Position numbers and translations under genes: made by a program | Notes under the pieces: generated by a model | Seen by the model: the letters and a program-made list of their open reading frames with translations, nothing else | Told to the model about the DNA's origin: nothing | Databases searched by the model: none | Origin: Lama guanicoe | Taxonomy: Eukaryota | Direction of reading: 5' to 3' | DNA: 64,000 nucleotides | NCBI GenBank assembly: GCA_013239625.1 | Contig: MU054323.1 | Coordinates: 12,717,694 to 12,781,693, forward strand | In this document: in pieces, positions 13,544 through 26,589 of the stretch | Layout: the number at the start of each line of letters is the position of its first letter | Numbering within the stretch: position 1 is the stretch's first letter

Positions 13544-13711
13544 GATTGAAATCCCAGTCTAAACGTGCTGTGTCAGCTACACCACCTCGCCCACCATCCA
13601 GGAGAGGGAGGACGATGCCCGATAAAATAGGAAATGCTTCCTCAGGAGCAGAGGCCGCCAACAAAATAATTACCGTCCCTGTGTTTCACCTGTTTCACAA
13701 ACTCTTGGCTG
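13544..13711 (+). CDS. BIRC6: BIRC6 coding exon
   Basis: Acceptor ttcttttag|, reads GLKSQSKRAVSATPPRPPSRRGR...VFHLFHKLLA, donor G|GTAATG. 168 nt. Confidence 0.95.
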
Positions 13712-14236
13712 GTAATGTTCACAATGATAAAACATTTAAGATATTTTAATAATCTTACAACTGTATAAATCAGATGTGTAATCACCAGAGTCATGTTTAA
13801 TCAGGTGCCATTGATGAGATAAATAATTTAGTGAGACTTTGTCCATACAACTCCCTGCAAGAGAAAGTGAGAACAAAATAGGGAATAACCTGTTTTATAT
13901 CCTTTTTGACACTATAATGTTGTCTTTTTAAACTTTAGTAGCTTCCTAAATTTTGTTATGAATGTGCCATAGAATGATCAGTAATTAATGTTTTAGTGAA
14001 TTCATGACAAATAATATAGGATGCAGTGTGAGGCAAAATTTAAAGAACTAGTTCTCAAAGTGAAATTCTTAGATGTACCACTGATCGTTAAGGTTCCTCT
14101 CCACCTAAAACAAATTCTTTGACCAGCATACTTTCCATTGGTTAAGGCAATGTCAATTTTTGTGCTGTTATCATTATAATCAAATTGCTACTTAACTTTG
14201 ATTTTCCTTCTTAACTTTACGTTGTTGAATTATAGC

Positions 14237-14441
14237 AGAGATCAGTAAACTATGGCTGGTGGACTGGATGCGTCGTTTTGTAAAGAAGTTTTGTAAGAAT
14301 ACCACTGTGCTCATTACTTTCCATACCGTTCAGAGCTGTCACGTGCTACAGTAGAGTCAGTGTTTGCAGCAGAGACCTTATGGCTTCCATAGCTTAAAGT
14401 ATTTATTATCTGGCCTTTTATGGAAAAGATTTGCCAACCGC
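14237..14441 (+). mobile_element. MER58A-like hAT-Charlie element
   Basis: cagagatcagtaaactatggc...gcagcagagaccttatggc...tatttattatctggccttt...gatttgccaacc. Confidence 0.75.
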
Positions 14442-14728
14442 ACATTTATGGAAGTGGTTCTTTATTTTTTTAATTCATCATGGCTCAGAAGATCTTGGTG
14501 GGATTTGGTTAGCAACTGTTTAACATTTTGTATAGACATTATTGTTCACACATGTCAGAAATAGATTTAAGTTTTGAACTTTCCATGGGCTGTTTTTAAG
14601 TTGTTTTGAAATCAGTGTCAAAATCAGACTCTTATCTGTAATTTAGTAAAAGCATTAAGTAATTGAATCAAATCAAGTAAATGTCTCCCACTTGAATTCT
14701 AAATTTAACTTTGTTACATCATTTTTAG

Positions 14729-14902
14729 GCCAACCATTACCAGCTGAAATGACACTTGCCCAACTTTTAACTCTCCTATATGACCGAAAACTTCCTCAAG
14801 GTTATCGTTCAATAGATCTGACTGTTAAATTGGGATCAAGAGTTATTACAGACCCAAGTCTGTCAAAAACAGACTCTTTTAAAAGACTACACCCTGAAAA
14901 AG
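14729..14902 (+). CDS. BIRC6: BIRC6 coding exon
   Basis: Acceptor atttttag|, reads GQPLPAEMTLAQLLTLLYDRKLPQGYRSIDL...KRLHPEK, donor G|GTATGT. 174 nt. Confidence 0.95.
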
Positions 14903-15803
14903 GTATGTGTATGATACTTGTTTAAAATTACAGTTTGTAGTCTGAGCAGGCAGGGGTTTCTATAGCTGATGACTTAATTTATATTTTTATTATGTCAACT
15001 TAATGAGATACTTTTTCCTCTATGACTGAGTTATTTGTAAATATAGAAAATTGCCGTTATTTCCATTAGAAATTATTCTTAATTCCTTATGTATCATCAC
15101 TTATTTTATGGGCCCATATGCTTTAATTTCTAACATTTCTCTATGAGCCATGTGAATTGTTCATAATTTTATAATCAAAGTGAAAACCCTAATTTAGAAT
15201 TTCCAGTTTACTGAAATTTATATTGAGTGTTATTTCATGCTCATAAATTATGTTTTCTCGAAGAAAAGTAGGATTATATATGTCTTGCCTTTTTACTTTT
15301 ACATGTTCAATTCAATATTTCTAAATGTGCATTTTTATTGCCTATTTTTTATATGGATATAATAAAATTTATCTTTTTATCAACTGTTGAAACATTCTGA
15401 TTTTTCCAGTTTTTCACTACTATAAGTGGTATTTAAGCAGGGTTTTCATAGTGTGGGATACGATGTTATCTCATTTATGTTCAGTTTTTCTCATGATTAA
15501 AGTTCAGTGTTTATTTATTAGCCTTTTGTATTCTTTACTAAATTTTAATATGTTTCCTTTACACAAATTTTCAGTAGGATTATTTGTCTATTTTATGTTC
15601 ATAGGGTCTGGCTATGTGTGAGCATAACTTGGTTTTCCTCTGTGAATGATTCAAAGTTAAACCTGTGTGGTGTAATTTTCAGTTTTCAGTAAAAAAAGTC
15701 TTTGTCATTGTTCAGTTTTTCCTAATTGGATACTTTAGAGTGTACATATATTAGTATTTTCTGCAAGTCTCTGATGTCTTACTTATTTGCCCTAAATAAA
15801 GGA

Positions 15804-15956
15804 CAGTAGTTCTCAAACTTCAGTATTCTTATAAATCATAAAAATGCCGATACCTATTCAGTAGGTCTTGAGTGGGACCTGAGAGATTCCACATTTCAAA
15901 AGCTCTCAGGCTGATGCTGACACTTACTGGTCTAGGACTGTACTTTGAATAGCCAG
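15804..15956. mobile_element. MER5A-like hAT-Charlie element
   Basis: cagtagttctcaaactt...attcagtaggtcttgagtggg...tgatgctga...actttgaatagc. Confidence 0.75.
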
Positions 15957-16153
15957 ACTCTAAGGAGCAATATTAGAAGTCATTTAAAAACATTTTTGTA
16001 GCTCCTAGCCTTAAAATAGTTATATCTCTATAACTTAAGATTATTACGCTCTTCTGCTGAGTAGAGAGATGACAACAGTATCTGCTTTATAAATGAAAAT
16101 GTGTTGTAAAAATATGTCCTCTCTAAGCTGTTATTTTCAATTTATTCTTCTAG

Positions 16154-16347
16154 ATCATGATTTACTTGGTAGTTGTCCTGATGATGAGGCCCTCACTCCA
16201 AGTGATGAATGTATGGATGGGATATTGGATGAATCTTTACTTGAAACCTGTCCCATTCAGTCACCATTACAAGTCTTTGCAGGAATGGGTGGACTGGCTC
16301 TTATTGCAGAAAGACTACCCATGCTATATCCAGAAGTAATTCAACAG
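16154..16347 (+). CDS. BIRC6: BIRC6 coding exon
   Basis: Acceptor ttcttctag|, reads DHDLLGSCPDDEALTPSDECMDGILDESLLETCPIQSPLQVFAGMGGLALIAERLPMLYPEVIQQ, donor CAG|GTAAGA. Phase 1 to 0. Confidence 0.95.
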
Positions 16348-16399
16348 GTAAGATAAGATTCCTGATTGAATATATCATTACATGGTGAAGAATTTTCCT

Positions 16400-16401
<2 letters not shown>

Positions 16402-16448
<47 letters not shown>
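16402..16448 (+). repeat. Poly-T tract (47 nt)
   Basis: Uninterrupted T run. Confidence 0.98.
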
Positions 16449-16449
<1 letters not shown>

Positions 16450-16984
16450 GCTTGTGTTTACCTTAATCTTTTTGGGAGTACACTTTCCTTTATAGTTTTC
16501 TGAGTACTGTTTAAATCTTTCAAAGCTCAGCCTATACGGAGCTTTGTGAAAATTAGTTGGTACTGAAGAAATGTTGAAGACCAAGCACATTTGCTAAAGT
16601 CATCACACTGTAGCACTTAACTTTAATTTATAGTTGTCACACTGTAACATTTTTGTTTCTGTGCTTCTCTTTAAGGTGTGATTAATTATGGATAATACTG
16701 GAAATGGAAGAGTAAAATAGTTGTGTATACTTCTACCCGAATAACATTATGTCTTTTGCTTAATTTTTATTTCTTTTTAGGTGCCATTTCCATTTTAAGT
16801 AGTTTTAAAAACATTAATTTAACCTCTTCATCTGTTCATTAATGTTACTGTTATTGAGGTGTGTACTTTTCAGTGTTCTTTTATTTATGAGGGGGGAATG
16901 TCATGCATGGAGAGTTGTAAATACCAAGCTTTTTATTTTTGTTGAATGAGGTAGGGGAATTATTGTATCTAATTTTATGTACCC

Positions 16985-17037
16985 TGTGTGTGTGTGTGTG
17001 TGTGTGTGTGTTTGTGTATGTGTATGTGTGTGTGTGT
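16985..17037 (+). repeat. (TG)n microsatellite
   Basis: Imperfect TG dinucleotide array. Confidence 0.97.
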
Positions 17038-17074
17038 ACATGTATATATCTGTATATGCCTGCATATACATGCC

Positions 17075-17485
17075 TGTATATGCTTCTATAACAGAGTGCC
17101 AGAAACTGGGTGACTTCAAACAACAGAAACTTATTTTCTTACAGTTCAGGAAGCTGTAAGTCTGAAATAAAGGTGTTAAGCTAGAGCCATGCTCACTGTG
17201 AAGGCTCTAGGGAAGAATCCTTCCTTGCTTCTTCTTAGCTACTAATTTGCTGGCAGTTAATGGTATTCATTGGCCTATAGCAGCATCACTCTAGTTTCTG
17301 CCTGCATTTTCACATGGCCATCTTCTTTCCGTGTATATGTGTGTCTCTGCATCTCCCTCCTTTTATAAGTACACCATTTATTGGATCTAGGATCCACCCT
17401 ATTTCCAGATAAGGTCACATTCACAGGTACTGGGGATTAGGACTCGAGCACATCTTTAAAGGGGTATACAGTTCAGTCCACAATA
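17075..17485 (-). mobile_element. MaLR solo LTR (MLT1-like)
   Basis: ataacagagtgccagaaactgggtgacttcaaacaacagaaacttatt...gaaggctctagggaagaatcc...ataaggtcacattcacaggtactgggg. Confidence 0.85.
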
Positions 17486-17729
17486 ATATCTATTCTGTAA
17501 ATGGTTATTGCTTACCTGCTAGTCAAAGAGCTTATGATATTTTAATTTTAAGGTGATATAATCATGATAGGACGTGACTGTCATAGAAAATATGAGTAAA
17601 ATTTTATTTCTTTATAGAAAATGTAATGACATAGCTAAAAGTTTGAAATGGAAAAGACACCAACGTTCTCAAGATTATGCTCAATGAAAATGACTTTCCT
17701 AATTCAGTATTCAGTATGATTCCTTATAT

Positions 17730-18800
17730 TGATTGGTACCTGGAAATAGGGTGCTGCTGTAAAAACACCTAAAAGTGTGTAAGTGGCTTTAGAATTGGGT
17801 AGTTGTCAGAGTATGAAAGAAGTTTGAGCATGATAAAAAGAAGTCGAGATTGTCTTGAACAGACAGTAGAAATATGCATCTTAAAACCTCTGCCTGTAAG
17901 GGCCCAGGAGAAAGTAAGGATCATGGTAGAGAGAACCTATATATCTTAAGAGAATACCTAAATTGTCTTAAGCAGAGTGTTGGTAGAAATATGGATGTTA
18001 AAAGTGCTAATGGTGCAGCTTAGAAGGAAATGAGGAATATGTTATTAGAAACTGAAAAAAAAAATCCGTGTCTTTTAGTGGCAGAAATCTTAGCTTATTT
18101 GTATCCTGGATGTGGAAGGAAGCACTTGGAAGTGATGAATGTGGTTAGTTAGCTGTAATTCCAAGCTGAGTATGAAGATACCTGTTTTCTTTCTGGTGCT
18201 TATAATGAAATGTGAGAAGAAAGAGATAAATTGAGGGAGGAAGTATTAAGCAACAAGCAACCAGAGCTTGACAATTTAGGAAATTTTCAACCTATCCAGA
18301 TTGCAAAAGATGCTAAAATTAGAGAATCACTGTCGGAAAAGCATGCTGTAGAGAAAAAGCCAAGGATGTGGCTATTCAACTTTTGTTGGTACCTCAGAAA
18401 AATCAAGATGTTAGAGCATTCAGTCATACAGAAGGCTGTTTGAAGATATAAGGCATAATATCCATAGATCTTGGCCATCTGAACAGAAGCCAGCAGTAGA
18501 GAAAGTTACGTGATAGTGGTAGCAAAGTCAAAGGAGAGGATGTGACTGTGCAAACAGAGGTTCAAATGAAGCAGCCAAACGCCAAGAAATGTGAACAGAC
18601 TCTAGAAGCTGGAAAGCACAAGGAACTGATACTCCCTGAGAGCTTCTATAAGGACCGCTTGATATTTAGGGTCAAAAGCTTTGATTCTAGCTCCCTGAGA
18701 CCCTTTTTGGATTTCTGACCTCTGGCTTTTTTAGGATAATAAACTTGTGTTGTGTTAAGTCACTGTTTTGTGGTGATGTATTATATAGCAAAGTATACAG
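17730..18800 (+). mobile_element. MaLR internal (MLT-int) segment plus partial MLT1 LTR
   Basis: attggtacc...gggtgctgctgtaaaaacacctaaaa...gtggctttagaattggg (MLT-int start). LTR end agaagctggaaag...aataaacttgtgttgtgttaagtcac. Confidence 0.75.
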
Positions 18801-18899
18801 GGAAATCAGTAACAAATTTCGGTCTTTACTTCCTTATGATGTTTTTGTCTGGGTTTGGTATCCGAGTAATACTGTCTTATAGAATGGGCTGGATATTCT

Positions 18900-20460
18900 T
18901 AATATGTCATATTAAGAAAATTGTTAGATGGATTTTTTTTGATAGATTAGAAATGACAGATTACAAAATTAGTGATATGGAAGATGCACCCAAAGAAATC
19001 AACCAAAGCATAGAATGTATAAGGAATGAAAAGAGTACACATATATGGACACATATCTAGCAGTGAAAAATTCTAACATGAATTGATGGTTGCAGAAAAA
19101 GAGTGGATTGAAACAAGAACAGAAGCAATACTGAAAATTTCCAAAACTGATATAAAACCTCAATTCAAAATTCAAGAAACTTTCTAAACCCCAAGCAGGA
19201 TATCCATGCCTAGGAACATTGTGATAAACTGCTAAAAAAAAAAAAACAGAAACAAAGAGAAAAGCTTAAAACCAGCCCCCAAGAAGTAACCCATAACTTT
19301 CTTAACAATCACACTGACAACTAACCTTTCAACAGAAACCTTGGGAGCCAGGGATTTACATCTTTGAAGTGTAAAAGGAAACAAAAACGTGCCATTCTAG
19401 CATTTTATATATACCCAGTGAAGAAAACTTTGTACAATTCCCTCAACCACCACTTCTCATTCCATGAAAGGTAAATTGGTAATGGTAGACTAACAGGTAT
19501 AGGATTAACTCTCTTGTGTATATAATTATAAACTCTGGACAGCCTATTTAAAAAAAAACAAAACTGTTCAGAGGCTCTGGAGAGTGACCAAAAGCAGGCA
19601 GATATTGATTGGGGAGGATTTAAACACAGAAAGAATGAAACTACATTGGGTGAGATGAGTGTGTATATGACTTTTCTCCTGAGAATACTCCTCAGTCTGT
19701 GTGGGATGGGCCACGTAGATCTCAAGCAAAAGCTACAGAGGAGTTTGGTTTATTCATGCTGGCTGGAAATTAAATGGGAAGGAATTCAGAAAGGAGAGAG
19801 CCACAGATAGGGGAGGTCTAAATTCTGCACATGAATTTCTACATTGCTGTAGCTGGATCCTGAATTATTGGAGGTGAGCAAGAGCTAGAAGGCTGAAAGA
19901 GCTTTCCAGAGATTTCAGCTTCTGTCCATCACGAAGGAGACAGACTTTGCAGTTCTATTCCTTCCAAATTAAGCTAAAAATCTTGGCTTTTCCATTGGAA
20001 CTGCAAGTGAGTCACACATTAAGAGTAAGGGTGACATTCTAGTAATAAAGGATTCACTTGAGGAATAAGGGCAAAAACCAAAATAGGCCCTCCTGATAAA
20101 TTACAAAAGCCTCTATAAGTTCAAGGGGACCCAGCGATAATTTAACTATCTTCTAAAATAAAACTGAACACACTCCAGAGTGTGATTATAGAATTAACAG
20201 TTAAGGGGCGAGGATATAGCTCAGTGGTAGAGTGCCTGCTCAGCATGCATGAGGTCATGGGTTCAGTCCCAAGTACCTCCGTTAAAAAATAAATAAATAA
20301 ACCTAGTTACTCCTCTTAAAAATAATTTTTAAAAAAAGTTAAAAATAATTAACTTACTACATCTTATCAACAAGATATAATAAAACAATTACTAGAAATG
20401 CAAAGAAACAAGAAAATGTCACCTGTAGTTAACAGTAAAGTAAATCAGTGAACAGATCTT
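18900..20460 (+). mobile_element. Old L1 fragments (ORF1-like), interrupted by a SINE
   Basis: A-rich sense L1 text: aaaattttccaaaactga, ccccaagcaggat, acatctttgaagtg. Confidence 0.55.
20205..20345 (+). mobile_element. tRNA-derived SINE (camelid Vic-1-like)
   Basis: ggggcgaggatatagctcagtggtagag (A box)...gggttcagtccc (B box)...aaataaataaacc tail. Confidence 0.88.
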
Positions 20461-21422
20461 ATTCACATTTTGCCAGTTGTCCCACTAATGTTCTTAGAGA
20501 CAAAAGGAAAAAAACTCAGTTTTCTTTTGCATGCGATGAAGGAGATGGTGGTCAGAAATTCAGTTCAGAATCATATATTGCATTTAGTTGTCTCTTTAGT
20601 CTCCTTTAATCTGTAACAACTCTGTTATCTTTATTTGTAATTTATGACCCTAACATTTGGAAAAGTATATATAGGCTACAAATTTTGTCTGTATGTGTAG
20701 TCACATAGATACATGTGTCTATTCATGTTTTTCCTAGATTTGTTTGCTTATAGAGCATGAAATCAGATTCCCCCCAGCAATGTATGCATACCTGTGTCCC
20801 GTATTTTCTTTTTTAAATAACTGTTTCCACTAAAAGAAATCAGTGCCCCTTGAATAAATTCTAGCACTAGGGCAGAGAATGTACAGGATGAGCCCAGATA
20901 CAGAAGCCTGCTTTAAGTAGATCCCACTGACCAAATCTGAGTCTACTTGAGCATTAAATAAAATGATTGTAACAGATTATAACCTATAGAGTAAAATTAG
21001 GATCCATACTGATATAAGTTACTAAATGGATGAATAAATAGAGAAGAAGGGAATGTTTTTGCTTACAGTTCATTGCCAACTAACAAATGTAGAAGAAATG
21101 GTAAAATTAGGAAAATCACCGTCTGGCCACCATTATAATAATTATTATTTAAGGCAAGCATTATAAAAATGCTAATTCTAATGGATAAAGTGTAAAACAG
21201 ATATTTATGTCTCAAAGAATCTGTCTACTGATACTTAATTACAAAGGAAAAAGTATTAACCTTTAAAGTAGAGATACTTGGCATGTAACTCAGTTTTAAA
21301 AATCTGTCCCTTTATTGATTTTTTATATTCTTGTATTTTAAAGAGATCATTTGAACTTGAGTCTTTAATTTGAAACAGATATTGAAACAAACAAAGAGTC
21401 AAACAAAATGTTTTTTCTTTAG

Positions 21423-21723
21423 GTGAGTGCTCCAGTTGTAACATCTACCACTCAGGAAAAGCCAAAAGATAGTGATCAGTTTGAATGGGTGACTATTGAA
21501 CAGTCGGGGGAATTAGTTTATGAAGCACCAGAAACCATTGCGGCTGAACCTCCACCTATCAAGTCAGCAGTACAGACGATGTCTCCCATACCTGCCCATT
21601 CTTTGGCTGCTTTTGGATTATTTCTTCGTCTTCCGGGCTATGCTGAAGTGCTACTGAAAGAGAGAAAACATGCCCAGTGCCTTCTTCGCTTGGTATTGGG
21701 GGTGACAGATGATGGAGAAGGAA
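21423..21723 (+). CDS. BIRC6: BIRC6 coding exon
   Basis: Acceptor ttttttctttag|, reads VSAPVVTSTTQEKPKDSDQFEWVTIEQSGE...LVLGVTDDGEG, donor GAA|GTAAGT. 301 nt, phase 0 to 1. Confidence 0.95.
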
Positions 21724-23558
21724 GTAAGTGTTTAGTGTTATTGGTGAAATTTAACATAGGTATGTTGTGTGAAAGTTACTTAGATCATTGCCTATTAGGC
21801 ATCATTTATTTCTTTAGTAATTTAGCTCCTAGATGATTTGTTATTGGCTCCTTAGTTCCAATACTAGACATAATAGATTCTAAAGAATCTTCATTTTCAC
21901 TGCTTTATTCATTCAGAAAGTATTTATTGAGTGTTTACAAAACTGCCAGGCATCATTGGAGGCATTTAAAGATGAAGCAGGTATTTAAATCCTGACCTCA
22001 AGTAGCTAATGTCCTCCAGTAATAACAATGAGGTATCCCTGTACATATATAAACTTAACAAGTTATAAAAATTACAGTATTATGGAGGATCACAGGTGTG
22101 AGATTATTTTCTTACTACCCAGCAATGTGAATAAAGTAGTATTGTTTTTAGTGGGGCCTTGAAGGATATAGTCAATGTAGATTGCGAATGAGTTACTTCA
22201 GAATGGAGGAATTATTTGGGTAGTGTTTACATGCTCATGTTATATAAGAGGGGATAGATTTGTTGATGAAATTTGCATAAAGCAGCACTGAGAGCTCATT
22301 TTAAAAGCTATTACTGAAAGCAGCTGGAGGGAAAGGCTTCTTAATAACTTCAGATTTTATTCTGAATAGCAATGAAGATTTGTTAAAATATTTTAAGTGA
22401 AGTAATGATGTGATGACAATGTTTTTTAACAATTCTTCAGAAATCTGGTAGCAGTATTTAAAGAGAACAGAATGAGGAAAATAGTATAAAAACTTATTAC
22501 TGAATAATGTATTTTATAATATAATAGTAAAAATAGAGAATAATAATGAAAGCTATAGTGATTATTTCCATTGGACTGGCAGTTTTTTTGTTAATAGAGG
22601 GAAACAAAGAAAAATCATAGTTAGGGTAGCCTACCAAGTATATTTTCACTTGGTTTGCCTCTAATTCTTTAATCAGTGACCATGACATTTGAGAATTAAT
22701 ATTTTTATGTTACAATCATATGGTTTTGATTAGAGGTGATGCCTGTCACGTGCCATTTAGAATTAATACACTGTTAAACCCTGTACAACAAAGTATATTT
22801 AATCCAATAAAATTATATTAATTTATTTGTGGACCCTGTAATTCTTAGGCTGTTGAGTATTCAATGTATATATTTTTCTCTTGTATTTTTGTATTGATGG
22901 AATTCTTCAAAAATGTTGACATAATTTTAAAAGTTTTTATAATAATTGATATTAAATTACAGTGCCTATATGCTAAATAAATCCTGGTTGGTGTCATATG
23001 TCGATTGTATATACTTATTTTAATGGATGAGAAATTTCTGAATGCTTGATCTAGTATTTTAAAGTAGCTAGAGGAATAAGAACCATGGTATTTTAGGACT
23101 CTTATTACAAGATAATAGGTATAAATACTAAAACAGAAAAGGAAAAAGAATTGACTTTAGGCCATTTCATATCATTTCTAATGAATATGCAGTGAATGTT
23201 TACTTAAAAGCATACTTCTCATATCCCTTTCTGCAGTAATTGTCTCATCCCTATTCATGTAGCAGTATTTTTTGATTTGTTTTGTTTCTTACACTTAATG
23301 CTCCTCTCTAGCTAGAACATAGTAGAAAACTTAGTGTAAACAAAATAAAATAGTTTCACTCTTTCATTATGTGCATGGTTGAAATGACTTCTCAGGCTAT
23401 TACTATTCTATTTTCTATTTATGGTATTATTTTGTGGTTGTTTTCTAATAAATATAATGATACAATTTTATATTATGTTATCATTATAAATTTGTGGCTT
23501 GTTGTTACTTATTATGTTTTAAATATTTTTAATTTTGAGATCTCTTCTTTTAATCTAG

Positions 23559-23776
23559 GTCATATCCTGCAATCTCCATCAGCCAATGTGCTCCCAACCC
23601 TTCCTTTCCATGTCCTTCGTAGCTTGTTTAGCAGTACACCTTTGACAACTGATGATGGTGTGCTTCTACGGAGGATGGCATTGGAAATTGGAGCACTACA
23701 CCTCATTCTTGTCTGTCTGTCTGCTCTAAGCCACCATGCCCCACGAGTTCCAAACTCTAGCCTCAATCAAACAGAG
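23559..23776 (+). CDS. BIRC6: BIRC6 coding exon
   Basis: Acceptor taatctag|, reads SHILQSPSANVLPTLPFHVLRSLF...PNSSLNQTE, donor GAG|GTAGGT. Phase 1 to 0. Confidence 0.95.
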
Positions 23777-24089
23777 GTAGGTTAAGTTTTAATTCTTTAA
23801 ATTATGAAAAACTAAATCAAATTCATGAAATACAGATATGGTTATTTCTAAAGTAATTAATACTTCAGAGGCTATGTTCTTTTTATGCCACTAAAACAAA
23901 GGATATTTAAATGAGAAATAATGAACTAATTATTCTCTTCTTTGTTAGGCTCTTTCAGAAAGCTATAAGTTAACCCAGCTACTTGAAAAACAAAATAGAT
24001 TTTATAGCTTGATAAGCTTTTCCATTTACCAGGGTATGCTGAATTTATACTCTAATCCCTTTTCCCTTCCTTTCTTGAACTTTAGAGAA

Positions 24090-25880
24090 TCATACTATTG
24101 AATGGTAGGTTCTAGCCAGTACAGTAAGACAAGGAAAAAAGAAAGAGAGAAAAATTAACTCTGATCATTTTGAGATAATTTGATTGTGTTTATAGAAATT
24201 CCAAAAATAACTAATGGCTTAAGTGAGTTTAATGAGAATATGATATGCAGGTTTAATATATAAAAATTAAGTTATTTCTGTATACCAGCAACAAACAAAA
24301 TGAGCTTTTTAAAGATGTCTTTTAGAATAGCATCAAAAAATGGAAAATATCTATGATAAATCTGAAAAATATGTTCAAGACCTCTTCGTAAAATACATAA
24401 AAATTTCTTAAAAGACACTTACTAAAATAAATTCAATAAACTGAAGTCTCTGTCCATGTTTACCTCTCATGGAGTAGAAAACACAACAGTTCATTAATAT
24501 TTCTTCCCAAACTGTTCCTTTAATTTGATGGAATCCTGGGTTTATTTTGAAGGAAATTGACAAGTCTATTGCAAAATCTATTCAGAAACTCGAAAGAGTC
24601 AAGGATAGCCAAGGCACTTTCAAAAAGAACAATATATATAGCATTCTCAACATATTGAAACTTACTATTAAGCTATGGTATTTGTACAAGGATAGATAGA
24701 AGCCCAGCAAACAAAAGAGACTCAAGTCCACATATACATGGTTATCTGGTAATATGACAACAGTGACTACAGCATAATGGAGTAAGTATAGTCTTGTCAG
24801 TTAATGGTGGTAGGGTCAGTTAAATAGCCATATGGAACAAAAATGAATCTTTAGACCCTACTGTATTCTATATGCAAAATTCTAACTGGATAATAAATCT
24901 AAATGTATATAATGTGTACAAAATATACCAATACCATTTTACCAAAAAGGATAGATACCTTTATGATCTCAGAATGGACAAAGATTTCTTGAACAAGATA
25001 TAAAGAAAGCACTAGCCCATATGGGGAAAAAGTGGAAAACAGCAACTACATTAAAATCAAGAACTTATTTTCATTAACAACACTATTTAAGAGAGTGAAA
25101 GGGGAAGCCACAGAATGGGAGACTATATTTGTGTATATCTGAACTTATCAGTTATCCAGAATATTTACAGAGCTTCAGAAATTCCAAAAGGAAAAAGCAA
25201 ACAATGAAATAGAAAAATACTAGATGAAAAGCTAGAGTGGGCACTTCACCAGAAGAGGCTGCCTAAATATCCAATAAATGTACAAAGGTGATTTGTTGAT
25301 TTAGTTACCAGAAAAGTACAACTGAAAACTTTTAATACACTAAGGACACATCCATCAGAATGTGTAATACTTCAAAAATAATAATACCAAATGTTTTCTC
25401 ATCATTTGTAGTAATATAAAGACAATAGGATGAGTAAATAAATAATGTAAGAGCAACAGAGTGGGTAAATAAGTTGCAGTCTACTAGTAATGGAATACTA
25501 TAAGGTAATGAAAGTAAACAGCTACAGCCAACTACAGATAATAGGACTAATGGATTTTACAAGCACAACTAAAATGCTAGACATAAAAGAATATATACAT
25601 CATGATTCCATTTATATGATGTACAAAAATTAAAATAAATATAGTGACTACAGTTTCATGTTTAGGTGGTGAAATTACAAAGAAAAGGAAGGAAGGAAGG
25701 AAATAATGAGTATGAAAATCAGGATTATAGTTAGCTTTGTAGAGGAATGAGGGTGTGAGGAGGGCAGTTTCTTGCATACAGTAATTTAATTCTTGACCCG
25801 CATGGTTAAATAAATTATTTGCAGTTCATTAAGCTTTATGTATTTGTTTTGTGTCCTTTCTGTAAATATGTTATACTTCG
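24090..25880 (+). mobile_element. Decayed L1 (L1ME/MC-like) ORF2 end and 3' UTR
   Basis: L1 ORF2 remnants (ctagccagtacagtaagacaagg, gaaattgacaag, aatggacaaagatttctt, atgattccatttatatga). Confidence 0.75.
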
Positions 25881-26589
25881 TATTTAAAAATTTTTTTAAA
25901 TAAATAGCTGTTTTTGTCAATAACCTTAATTATTCTACTGTCAGATATGTGGTAATGAAATTTTCATGATTTCTGTAGCAGTTTATCTTATAAACTGAAA
26001 GATGGAATTCCTCAGTCATAGATTGATAAAACTCTATTTCAAATCAATTTATGAAAGTATTATTTGTATATAATACTATTCCTTAGAAAATATTTCCATT
26101 AAAATGTTTGCAAATTACCCATTAAATTAATACTTAAATATCAATGTTTTGAGGGTACATAGTACGTTAATTTAATGACAGTTCATTAAAGGAGGATTCT
26201 TGTTACAGAATTAATTTTATAGTCCATAGAAATCATGGTAAGAATTGACCTTTGCAGAGTTTGAGGTTACATTAATAAACCAGTGGTTCTCATTTTTTTC
26301 TGTCTGTACAGCATTCATGTTTTTAGTATGTTCTCTATTCCCAAAAGAAATTTACCTGCACATCACATTCTGAACAAGAAAGAAGTTGAGAATTATTTCT
26401 AGACATAGAAGGAATCTTGCTGTGATTGAAAACATATGACATCATTATAGATTCATCCTAAAAGATCTGGTTCATATTTCTATTCTTTTCACTGTTTCTG
26501 TTCCTTTCCTTTTTGAGTCATTGACTCTTTACAGCCTAATATGGTTTACCCCATCTATTCCTGATAAATACTTTAAAATTTCATTTATT

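Noticed and set aside
20205..20280. tRNA genes at the A/B-box sequences
   Set aside because: No intact cloverleaf. AT-rich tails and TSDs identify all four copies as SINEs.
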